Assembly: GCA_044238535.1 (NCBI GenBank)
Contig: JBIIDF010000002.1
Coordinates: forward strand, 1-45,048
Reading direction: 5' to 3'
Source: Vicinamibacterales bacterium
GTDB taxonomy: Bacteria; Acidobacteriota; Vicinamibacteria; Vicinamibacterales; UBA2999
DNA length: 45,048 nt
Shown here: positions 32,983-40,610 of the stretch, piece after piece
Layout of the letters: each line of letters opens with the position of its first letter
Numbering within the stretch: position 1 is the stretch's first letter
Made by a program: the position numbers and the translations under genes
Notes under the pieces: model-generated
The model's database searches: none
What the model saw: only the letters and a program-made list of their open reading frames with translations
Told to the model about the DNA's origin: nothing

Positions 32983-33717
32983 ATGCCGGCCTGCCCTTCA
33001 GAGAGGTGCTGGTTGAGTGCTGTGCGTCGCCTGCTGTTGCTGTCGCTCCTTGCCGCCGGTCTGCTGGCTCCGGTCGTCATGGCCCAGAGCTATCCTCACG
33101 CCTTTCCCCGTACGGGCGTGACCCGACTCTTCGAGAATGAGCGCGTCATTGCGTGGGACGTCACGTGGCTTCACGATGTGCCGCAGCCCTATCACCGCCA
33201 TCAATACGACATGGCGGGCGTCTACACGGTGTACGGGCCCATTCAGGTCACGGCTCTGGACGGCACGGTGGCACCCATCACACCGTTCGCCGTACCGCGA
33301 CCGTATTTCCAGCCGAAGGACATCACGCACAAGGAAGAGGCCATGGGCCTCGCCGGTGCCCCCGTGCGCGAGGCCGTGATGCTCGACCTCAAGGAGGGCG
33401 CGTTCGCGCCGGTGACCCGTCCCGGTACACCCGCCGCGTTTCCGCGCGACGGGGCTGCCAAAGCCATCGACAATGCCCGCGTCATCGAGTGGGATTACGT
33501 GTGGATTCCCGGGCGACCGGTCGGGACGCGCATCTATGAGCGCGATGCCGTCGAAGTGTTTTTCGACGGGGGCACGATCCGGTATCGCACCCCGGATGGC
33601 ACGGAAGAGACCCGCACGTTCGCGCGGAAGGATGCGCGCTTCATTCCCCGCGGCACCATCCGCAGTGAAGAAGCAGTCGCCGGCGCGCCTCGCGCGGTCA
33701 TTGTGGAACTGAAGTGA
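32983..33717 (+). CDS. Secreted hypothetical protein with internal tandem duplication (cupin-like halves)
   Basis: Signal peptide RRLLLLSLLAAGLLAPVVMAQ. Two homologous halves begin at NERVIAWDVTW... and NARVIEWDYVW... An alternative TTG start at 33013 is preceded by GAGAGG. Confidence 0.6.
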   Translation: MPACPSERCWLSAVRRLLLLSLLAAGLLAPVVMAQSYPHAFPRTGVTRLFENERVIAWDVTWLHDVPQPYHRHQYDMAGVYTVYGPIQVTALDGTVAPITPFAVPRPYFQPKDITHKEEAMGLAGAPVREAVMLDLKEGAFAPVTRPGTPAAFPRDGAAKAIDNARVIEWDYVWIPGRPVGTRIYERDAVEVFFDGGTIRYRTPDGTEETRTFARKDARFIPRGTIRSEEAVAGAPRAVIVELK

Positions 33718-33720
33718 ACA

Positions 33721-33740
33721 CCCGGGGGGCGCACCCCGGG
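33721..33740. terminator. GC-only hairpin (7-bp stem CCCGGGG/CCCCGGG, 6-nt loop) in the 31-nt gap between convergent genes; candidate bidirectional terminator
   Basis: Read directly from CCCGGGGggcgcaCCCCGGG. A pyrimidine-rich run follows on the + strand, but there is no clean T-tract. Confidence 0.4.
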
Positions 33741-33748
33741 GTCCCGTG

Positions 33749-34213
33749 CTACTTCTCTTCCGACCGCTCGACCTTGATGCCCGTATCGGCCTCAAGCGTC
33801 GCCAGCGCCATCGTCACATTGCCCTTGTCAAGACGGATGATCTCGAACTTGCCGGCACCGGAGGCGTCCGTATACTGCACGGTCACGAAGTGCTTCTTCG
33901 ACTTGGTGAACAGCAGCGGCCACGCCAGCAGCAGACCCATGCCGTAGCGAGGCTTGGCGGCCCGCTCGTAAAGCAGTCCCTTGATCCGGTCGTACGGAAT
34001 CTCGACGGTGGTGCGTCCGCCATTTTCGAACCGCAGCTGCTTCGCACGCGAGTCGGACACCAGAGCCCCTTCGAGCTCCTGGGCCTTGCCATCATCTTTC
34101 GGCACGACCAGATTCGCCTTCGCAAACCGGCCATCCGCCAGCAGGCTGACCGGCGTCCACGCCAGTGTCGCCGCGAGCATTCCCGCCACCATCCGACGCA
34201 TGCATGCAGTCAT
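33749..34213 (-). CDS. Hypothetical exported protein
   Basis: N-terminal hydrophobic signal-like segment MVAGMLAATLAWTPVSLLA. The codon usage looks like that of the neighbouring genes. No recognisable motif. Confidence 0.5.
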   Translation of the reverse strand: MTACMRRMVAGMLAATLAWTPVSLLADGRFAKANLVVPKDDGKAQELEGALVSDSRAKQLRFENGGRTTVEIPYDRIKGLLYERAAKPRYGMGLLLAWPLLFTKSKKHFVTVQYTDASGAGKFEIIRLDKGNVTMALATLEADTGIKVERSEEK

Positions 34214-34309
34214 CGTGTCTCCCTGTTCCAGGGCCGTCCACCGGCCCTCTCTCTGCAGATGCTATCCTCGGAGGGCGACGGCGGCAATGGCGCTCTCGCC
34301 CACCTCTCT

Positions 34310-35587
34310 ATGATCACTCCGGCCCTGCTGCTGACCGCGATTCTGTTGCCGGCCCTGGCGCTCGGTGCCGGCCTGTTCCTGCTGTGGCGCCGCCTCGACG
34401 TGCCGCCGGCCGACCCGCGCCTCGCTGACATCCTCCAGCGTGTGGAGGGCCTGTCGCGCGACCTGCATGCGATGCGCGAGGTGTCGCAGGCCCAGACGCC
34501 GGTGATGGAAGCCCGCCTGCAGTCACTGAGCCAGCAGGTGCAGATGACACTCGACTCGATGCGCACCGACATGTCTGATCGGCTCGCGCGCATGTCGGCT
34601 GCCAGTGACCAGCACGGCGAGCGCATGCGTGCAGTGCTGCACGAGCAGCTGACCCGCCTGCAAAAGGACAACGCCGACAAGCTCGAGCAGATGCGCAAGA
34701 CGGTGGACGACAAGCTGCACGCCACGCTCGAGGACCGGCTGGCGCAGTCGTTCAAGGTGGTGTCCGAGCGTCTCGAGGCCGTGCATCGCGGTCTGGGAGA
34801 GATGCAGCAGCTGGCCTCTGGTGTCGGCGACCTCAAGCGGGTGCTGTCGAACGTGAAGACGCGCGGCACGTGGGGTGAGTATCAGCTCGAGGCGCTCATC
34901 GAGCAGATTCTCGCCCGTGACCAGTACGAGACCAACGTCGCCACGCGGCCCGGATCGGCTGAGCGCGTGGAAGTGGCCGTGCGTTTGCCGGGGCGCGACA
35001 CCGACCAGCCGGTGTGGCTGCCCATCGATGCGAAGTTTCCGCTCGAAGATTATCAGCGGCTCATGGACGCCTACGACCGCGCCGATCTCACGGCGATCGA
35101 CGATGCGGCCCGTGCTCTGGAAGGCCGCGTGCGCGCGGAAGCGAAGAAGATCAGAACGAAGTATGTCGAGTCGCCGCACACCACCGACTTTGCGATGATG
35201 TATCTGCCCACGGAGGGCCTCTACGCTGAAGTGCTGCGTCGGCCCGGGCTGGCGGACAGCCTGCAGCGCGAGCTGCGCATTGTCGTTACCGGCCCCACCA
35301 ACACGGCGGCCATGCTGAACAGTCTGCAGATGGGATTCCGTACGCTGGCGATCGAGAAGCGGTCGTCGGAGGTCTGGACCCTGCTCGGGACGGTCAAGAC
35401 CGAGTTCGAGAAGTTCGGTCAGGCCATTCAGGAGACCGAGAAGAAGCTGGACGAAGTGGCGAACAAGTTCAAGAACGTCGGCGTGAGAGCGCGGGCCGTC
35501 GAGCGGAGGCTGCGCGGCGTCGAGACCCTGCCGGGTCTCGATGCCCCTGAGGATCCTCGGGCGCTGGCGGGGGAGACAGACGCCTGA
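34310..35587 (+). CDS. rmuC: DNA recombination protein RmuC
   Basis: An N-terminal TM helix and a long coiled-coil are followed by the conserved block NVKTRGTWGEYQLEALIEQIL, then DFAMMYLPTEGLYAEV and RIVVTGPTN. The ATG at 34310 is used; the track ORF from 33746 overlaps the divergent gene. Confidence 0.85.
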   Translation: MITPALLLTAILLPALALGAGLFLLWRRLDVPPADPRLADILQRVEGLSRDLHAMREVSQAQTPVMEARLQSLSQQVQMTLDSMRTDMSDRLARMSAASDQHGERMRAVLHEQLTRLQKDNADKLEQMRKTVDDKLHATLEDRLAQSFKVVSERLEAVHRGLGEMQQLASGVGDLKRVLSNVKTRGTWGEYQLEALIEQILARDQYETNVATRPGSAERVEVAVRLPGRDTDQPVWLPIDAKFPLEDYQRLMDAYDRADLTAIDDAARALEGRVRAEAKKIRTKYVESPHTTDFAMMYLPTEGLYAEVLRRPGLADSLQRELRIVVTGPTNTAAMLNSLQMGFRTLAIEKRSSEVWTLLGTVKTEFEKFGQAIQETEKKLDEVANKFKNVGVRARAVERRLRGVETLPGLDAPEDPRALAGETDA

Positions 35588-35596
35588 GCCGCGAAC

Positions 35597-35655
35597 CTGA
35601 TGGTCGGTGGCCTCGCCGCTGCGCACGCCGACCGTTACGGCACCAGGACCATCAG
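35597..35655. repeat. 9-bp inverted repeat CTGATGGTC ... GACCATCAG (41-nt spacer) between convergent rmuC and the LuxR-type gene
   Basis: Read directly. It starts 10 nt after the rmuC stop. It could be a long imperfect terminator stem or a binding site. Confidence 0.3.
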
Positions 35656-35750
35656 CACATTCGACGGGCCGCTTGTGCCGCCGTCTCTGACCGAGACGAC
35701 GCGGGCGTCGGTAGAGGCTCGGGAAAGCCGGCGCGCAGAGGAGGGCACAC

Positions 35751-35975
35751 TCACCTCCGCTCCCGCGGCCGCCGGTCGCGGCCGGGCTCGACCTTCCCGC
35801 CCGTCGTCGCCATCAGCACCGCCAGTTCGGTGCGGCTGCGCAATCCCAGACGGGCGTAGATCATGCCGAGCGTGTTCCCCACCGTCCTGGGGCTGCAGCC
35901 AAGGGCCTCGGCGATCTCCCGGTTCGACCGCCCACGTGAGACAAGTTCCGCGATGCGACGCTGCTGGGGGCTCAT
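35751..35975 (-). CDS. Stand-alone LuxR/GerE-type helix-turn-helix protein (74 aa)
   Basis: SPQQRRIAELVSRGRSNREIAEALGCSPRTVGNTLGMIYARLGLRSRTELA is a full GerE HTH starting at residue 2. An in-frame stop lies 9 codons upstream of the ATG, so there is no sensor or receiver domain. Confidence 0.7.
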   Translation of the reverse strand: MSPQQRRIAELVSRGRSNREIAEALGCSPRTVGNTLGMIYARLGLRSRTELAVLMATTGGKVEPGRDRRPRERR

Positions 35976-36004
35976 ATGGGGCTGAGCGTAGTCGAATGCT
36001 CACG

Positions 36005-36028
36005 GCCGATTGCAATAAGCTGATCGGC
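36005..36028. promoter_or_regulatory. Inverted repeat GCCGAT-N12-ATCGGC upstream of the LuxR-type gene; candidate operator
   Basis: Read directly. It lies 30-53 nt upstream of the ATG at 35975, in the divergent intergenic region. Confidence 0.3.
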
Positions 36029-36045
36029 TCGGAGAGTACTGCGCC

Positions 36046-36077
36046 AGTATTAATCTTCAAGCATAAATCTCTACAAC
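36046..36077. promoter_or_regulatory. AT-rich island (agtattaatcttcaagcataaatctctacaac) in the divergent intergenic region; candidate promoter -10 elements (TATTAAT, CATAAAT)
   Basis: It is one of the most AT-rich stretches I noticed in this GC-rich window. It sits between divergent starts at 35975 and 36153. Confidence 0.3.
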
Positions 36078-36152
36078 ACGGCCAGGGTCAGACTCTGCCG
36101 ATCTCGCAGGGCCCACACCCCTCCCGACCCCGGTCCGCCCTATGATGGAGGC

Positions 36153-37088
36153 ATGGAGATGCACATGCTCAGATACTGGTCCGCCGCTGTCGCCCTGACT
36201 CTCGCCTCCGTCACTGCCAGCACCGCGCAGGCCCCTGCGTCGCCGTCGGGCACATTCCAGGCCGGCACCCCGCTGAAGACCACGCCCAACGTCAAGGTCT
36301 TCGGCAGCTTCCGCTTCAGCGAAAGCCTCGTCTACGACGCCGACCGCGACCTCATCGTGTCCGTCAACGCCGGCATGGCCCAGGACGTCGTGCCCAACGA
36401 CGGCTATGTCTCGCTCATCAATCCCGATGGCACCGTGCATACGCTCAAGTGGATCGGCGCCACGCGCGCCGGGCTCACCCTCAACCATCCCCTCGGCAGC
36501 GACATCGCCAACGGCCGCCTCTACGTGGTCGACATCGACACCGTCCGCTGGTTCGATCTGAAGACCGGGGCCCCCCAGGGCCAGGTTCAGGTGCCAGGGG
36601 TCTCGCGCTTCAACGACCTGGAAGTCGCCAACGACGGCACGGTCTACGCCACCCAGACCGGCGTACCCAACGACCCCACCAGCTGGAAGGTCTACCGCAT
36701 CGCACCAGATGGCACCGCCGCCGCCATCATTACCGGCGCCCCGCTGTCCATGCCCAACGGCATCGCCTTCGACGGCACCGGCAACCTGGTTGTGGTCAAC
36801 ATCGGCACCAACGACGTGCACACCTTCTCGCCGACCGGTACCCTGCTCAAGACCGAACAGACCGTCGACCCGGGCAACGACGGCATTGTCGTCACCGCCG
36901 ACGGCACCAAGTATGTGAGCAGCGTGCGCATCGGCACCGTCTCACGCATCCGCCCGGGCCAGAAGGCCGAGGTCGTCGCCTCGGGCATCCCCACCGCCGC
37001 CTCGATGACCTACGACTCGAAGCGCAACCGCCTCGTCATTCCGATGAATGACTGGAACGCCATCGCGTTTGTGGACCTCGGGCAGTAA
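36153..37088 (+). CDS. Secreted SMP-30/gluconolactonase/LRE-like (NHL-type) beta-propeller protein
   Basis: Signal peptide ...LASVTASTAQA. Repeated blades with PNGIAFDGTGNLVVVN, NDLEVANDGTVYAT and GIVVTADGTKYVS. GGAGG at 36147..36151 favours the in-frame ATG at 36159 as the start. Confidence 0.7.
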   Translation: MEMHMLRYWSAAVALTLASVTASTAQAPASPSGTFQAGTPLKTTPNVKVFGSFRFSESLVYDADRDLIVSVNAGMAQDVVPNDGYVSLINPDGTVHTLKWIGATRAGLTLNHPLGSDIANGRLYVVDIDTVRWFDLKTGAPQGQVQVPGVSRFNDLEVANDGTVYATQTGVPNDPTSWKVYRIAPDGTAAAIITGAPLSMPNGIAFDGTGNLVVVNIGTNDVHTFSPTGTLLKTEQTVDPGNDGIVVTADGTKYVSSVRIGTVSRIRPGQKAEVVASGIPTAASMTYDSKRNRLVIPMNDWNAIAFVDLGQ

Positions 37089-37132
37089 CCACCACCGCGA
37101 CCCGTCACCCGCTTCAGGTATAGAGTGAGCCC

Positions 37133-37492
37133 ATGCGCCCGTTGTCACTCCCGTTCGTCGCCCGAGCCGCTGCCAGATGCGTGGCTCTCGGGATCGTGGC
37201 TGGTTCGGCGGGGTGTGACCGCCCCGACACCGACGCGACACCTCATGTCGACCATGTGACCCTATCGCCCCACAGGGTATGGAAGGTGATCTCGGTGCAG
37301 CGCTACCGGGGGCTGGAAGGGGTCGAGCTGGTGCGCGTCGACTGGCCTACCCCCGCCGAGGCCAGCCTCGCCTTCGCCCTTACCCGCGAGGGTCTGGAGC
37401 CTGGCGACCCCATCTGCCTCGACCACATTGTCGAAATCGACACCCTCTGGGCACATCCGGTGCCCGAGGGTGGCTGCCAGGCCCGGCCGTAG
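37133..37492 (+). CDS. Small hypothetical lipoprotein
   Basis: Has an N-terminal signal with the lipobox-like VAGSAGC. No other motif. Confidence 0.45.
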   Translation: MRPLSLPFVARAAARCVALGIVAGSAGCDRPDTDATPHVDHVTLSPHRVWKVISVQRYRGLEGVELVRVDWPTPAEASLAFALTREGLEPGDPICLDHIVEIDTLWAHPVPEGGCQARP

Positions 37493-37501
37493 ATCGGGGG
37501 C

Positions 37502-38503
37502 TCAGCCCAGTGCCTGCGTCCGCATCGCACGGCGGTAGGCCACGGCCACGGCATCGAAGCGCAGGTGCAGTTCATCCGCAAGGTCGAACGGCACCTGCTC
37601 GGGCCGCTGTGATTCCACAATGCGCTGGTCCTGACCGAAGATGACGTCTTCAAACTCCTGCAGCGTGCTGTCCGGGTCATCAAGGTCGTAGTTCCGGCCG
37701 ATGATGCAGTACCCGCGGCAGCGGTTCGCCTTCTCGGGCTGCGACGCGAAGAAGTACACCATCCCCTTCGTACCGCCCCAGCCCAGCCGCAGCACGATGG
37801 TGTACGGCAGGTGCAGCTCGTAGCGGCTCCGCCGCTCAGGCCGCTCGGTCACCTCGTTGGCAAACACCGGGAAGTCGTCGCTGTTCGGGGCCTCGGGCCT
37901 GACGATGGTGTAGTGCAGCACGTGGTCGCGAATCTCGACGGTGTGGTCAGGCACCACGGGGCGATCAGGGTCGCCCAGCAGTCCCGGATGCACCCAGGGG
38001 AAGTGGCCGAAGTCGGTGAAGTTTTCGACCTGCCGCGAGGCATCGGACTGCCACTCGAACGGGCCTGTGTTCACCACCTTCCAGTCCGCCGACTCGAACT
38101 CGGGAATCTCCGGAAGCGCGTAGGCCGGCTCCTCATCGCTGAGGCACACCCAGATGAGGCCGTAGCGTTCCTGACACTGATACACGGGCGTCCGCGCCTT
38201 GGCGGGAATCGTCGCCTGCGCCGACTGCGGAATGCGCACGCACGCGCCGGTCGCGTCGTAGCGCCATGCATGATAGGGACACACCAGACAGTCGTCGGCC
38301 ACCCAGCCCAGGGAGAGCGCCGTCCCCCGATGGATGCACAGATCCCGCATTGCATGCGCCAGGCCGTCGGCCGTGCGCCACACGACCACCGCCTCGCCGA
38401 GCAGGGTGGCGGCGACTGGCCGATCGGTCACTTCGTGTCCGTAGGCGACGGGGTGCCAGCACCGGTGCAGCTTCTCTGGAAACTCTGATGTCGCAGACGC
38501 CAT
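37502..38503 (-). CDS. Rieske [2Fe-2S] non-haem-iron oxygenase, alpha-subunit type (VanA/PaO-like)
   Basis: CIHRGTALSLGWVADDCLVCPYHAWRYD is the C-x-H...C-x-x-H Rieske motif. The ATG at 38503 (MASATSEFPEKLHRCWHPVA) is preferred to 38722. Confidence 0.8.
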   Translation of the reverse strand: MASATSEFPEKLHRCWHPVAYGHEVTDRPVAATLLGEAVVVWRTADGLAHAMRDLCIHRGTALSLGWVADDCLVCPYHAWRYDATGACVRIPQSAQATIPAKARTPVYQCQERYGLIWVCLSDEEPAYALPEIPEFESADWKVVNTGPFEWQSDASRQVENFTDFGHFPWVHPGLLGDPDRPVVPDHTVEIRDHVLHYTIVRPEAPNSDDFPVFANEVTERPERRSRYELHLPYTIVLRLGWGGTKGMVYFFASQPEKANRCRGYCIIGRNYDLDDPDSTLQEFEDVIFGQDQRIVESQRPEQVPFDLADELHLRFDAVAVAYRRAMRTQALG

Positions 38504-38561
38504 GACGGCGGGTATGCTACCACTGGCTGTCACGGACCGCCCGTGCACGGCCGGAGGACAC

Positions 38562-39350
38562 ATGCGACTGTCAGTTCGTGCCCACCTGATGCTGTGTGTG
38601 ACGCTGGTCACCGTCTGGGGATGCGGTGGCTCAATACCTGCTGAAACCCCGGCCCCCGAGGCCCCGGCGTTCCAGACGCTGCAGCCCGGCGTCCTCACCA
38701 TCGCCATCACTGGCAACGCCACCGACGACCTCGACCCCGAGGCCTGGATGAACCGCTATGCCGAGCGGCTGGCCGCCGACCTGCAGCTGCGGCCCGAGTG
38801 GAAGGTCGTGCCCTTCGACAAATCGTGGGAACTCGCGGGGAAGGGCGAGGTCGATGTCGTGGCCACCAACCTCGCCAGCTTTCCCGATCGCGTCAGCGCG
38901 GGTGGCACCTTTTCGCGGCCGTTTCTTTACGAGCAGCGTGCGCTGCGCATCCGCAGCGCCGACCGCAGCCGCTACAGCACCATCGCCGACTTCCAGGGCC
39001 TGGGCGTCGGTGCCGTCACCGGCATGGCGGCGCATCGCGACCTCCTGAAGCGGGCTCCGCAGGGCGTCAACGTCGTGGCCGCCGGCACCTTTCCCGAGCT
39101 GTATGCGATGTTCGACAAGGGCGACCTGCAGGCCGTAGCGCAGGCGGAATACTTCACGCTCGATGGCCGCGTCATTCCTTCATACACGAGCGATCTTGCC
39201 CTCATCGATCATCATGACCTCAACCCCGGCCAGCGCGAAGAGTCGGTGTTCGTGGTGCGTGATGCCAGCACGGGGCTGCTCGATGCGGTCAACGCGTTCG
39301 TACAGCGCACCACGTTTCCGCTGCACCTGCCGCCACCACCGGCACGGTAG
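38562..39350 (+). CDS. Periplasmic solute-binding protein (SBP_bac_3-like)
   Basis: Signal and possible lipobox LVTVWGCGGS. Size and layout (LTIAITGN..., DVVATNL..., YEQRALRIR...) fit family-3 binding proteins. GGAGGA lies just upstream of the ATG at 38562. Confidence 0.6.
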   Translation: MRLSVRAHLMLCVTLVTVWGCGGSIPAETPAPEAPAFQTLQPGVLTIAITGNATDDLDPEAWMNRYAERLAADLQLRPEWKVVPFDKSWELAGKGEVDVVATNLASFPDRVSAGGTFSRPFLYEQRALRIRSADRSRYSTIADFQGLGVGAVTGMAAHRDLLKRAPQGVNVVAAGTFPELYAMFDKGDLQAVAQAEYFTLDGRVIPSYTSDLALIDHHDLNPGQREESVFVVRDASTGLLDAVNAFVQRTTFPLHLPPPPAR

Positions 39351-39419
39351 ACACGCGCAACCATCGTGCCCCCGGGCGGCGGCTCGCACTAGGGGGCTGC
39401 AGGCCGCCAGCCCGGACGC

Positions 39420-40583
39420 TCAGGCGCGAAGCCACAAGCCGCGCCGATACAGCCATGCGCACAGCACGTACAGCATCACGAGCATCGCGAGCGCAAAGGC
39501 CAGCGAGGTGTTCTCGGGTGTGCCCCAGGGGGCGAAGAAGGTCTCATACAGCCACGCATAGGCTGTCTGTCCTGTGCCGTCCGGGGAGGGAACCCTGACC
39601 AGCAGCAGGGTCTTCACCAGCCAGCCACTGACGACAAAGAGCGTCAGCGCATTCACGCCCAGCACCACGAGGGGATGCGTGCCCCGCCGGTGGCCGGCCA
39701 CATCGCAGGCGGCGTAGGCCAGGCCCAGCAGCAGCGCCGCCAGGCCTCCAGTAAAGGCGGCGTACGAGCTCGTCCACAGGTTCTTGTTCATCGGAAATGC
39801 GGCGTCCCACAGCAGGCCCAGCGCCATCATGAGCGCCCCGGCCGCCACGAGCACCGCCGCACGGCTCGGGGACGGCCGCGGCGCATCCAGCACCACCCCC
39901 GCCGTCACTCCCAGCATCGCGGTGCCGACCGCCGGCATCGTCGACAGCAGCCCCTCTGGGTCCCAGGTGCGGCTGCTGCGCCAGAGATGCGCCTCGCCGA
40001 GCAGCGTGCGATCGAGCCATGCGCCGAGATTGCCCGACGGCGACAGATCACCCGCGACACCCCCGGGCGGCGCTACCAGCATCAGGAGCGCCCAGTAACC
40101 AAGCAGGCAGGCACCGGCAATGACAAGTGCCGCGACGGCCCGCTGCCGCTGTGGCAGCCCGGTCAGGCGGCGATACACGAGCGCCGCCGCCAGATAGCAC
40201 AGCGCCAGGCGCGGCAGCACGCCCATCAGGCGCACCGTCGTGATGTCAAAGCGCGGATAAAGCGCCAGCAGCAGGCCCAGCAGGTACAGCACGGCGCTGC
40301 GCTGGAGGATCGCCGTCAGGGAACGGCGGCGCGTGCGGGACAGCGTCACCGAGACCCCGAGCAGGAAGACGAAGAACGGAAAGATCAGATCCGTCGGCGT
40401 CCACCCGTGCCACGCGGCATGCAGCAGGGGTGGGTAGACATGGTTCCAATCACCCGGATGATTGACCACAACCATGGCCGCCATCGTGGCACCACGGAAC
40501 GCATCCACGGCCGTGAGGCGCGCACGGCCTGCGTCGGTGGTGACCTGTGGCACGACGGCCGGCGGCAGGGCCGTCCCCGTCAC
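39420..40583 (-). CDS. Heparan-alpha-glucosaminide N-acetyltransferase-like membrane protein (DUF1624/DUF5009 family)
   Basis: RLTAVDAFRGATMAAMVVVNHPGDWNHVYPPLLHAAWHGWTPTDLIFPFFVFLLGVS is the conserved N-terminal block of this family. Polytopic. Confidence 0.75.
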   Translation of the reverse strand: MTGTALPPAVVPQVTTDAGRARLTAVDAFRGATMAAMVVVNHPGDWNHVYPPLLHAAWHGWTPTDLIFPFFVFLLGVSVTLSRTRRRSLTAILQRSAVLYLLGLLLALYPRFDITTVRLMGVLPRLALCYLAAALVYRRLTGLPQRQRAVAALVIAGACLLGYWALLMLVAPPGGVAGDLSPSGNLGAWLDRTLLGEAHLWRSSRTWDPEGLLSTMPAVGTAMLGVTAGVVLDAPRPSPSRAAVLVAAGALMMALGLLWDAAFPMNKNLWTSSYAAFTGGLAALLLGLAYAACDVAGHRRGTHPLVVLGVNALTLFVVSGWLVKTLLLVRVPSPDGTGQTAYAWLYETFFAPWGTPENTSLAFALAMLVMLYVLCAWLYRRGLWLRA

Positions 40584-40610
40584 GTCGCCTGCCCCGCGGG
40601 GGCCACCGGC

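Noticed and set aside
34523-35626. 367-aa ORF on the - strand
   Set aside because: It is antisense to rmuC, whose conserved blocks are unambiguous on the + strand.
35600-36145. 181-aa (+) and 141-aa (-, 35635..36060) ORFs overlapping the small LuxR-type gene
   Set aside because: Only the 74-aa frame yields a complete GerE helix-turn-helix. The other two are Arg/Pro/Ala-rich with no motif, and they span the AT-rich intergenic island.
36449-37051. 200-aa alternative-frame ORF inside the beta-propeller gene
   Set aside because: The translation is a His/Arg/Pro-rich repeat produced by frame-shifting the blade repeats. The annotated frame gives a signal peptide and regular propeller blades.
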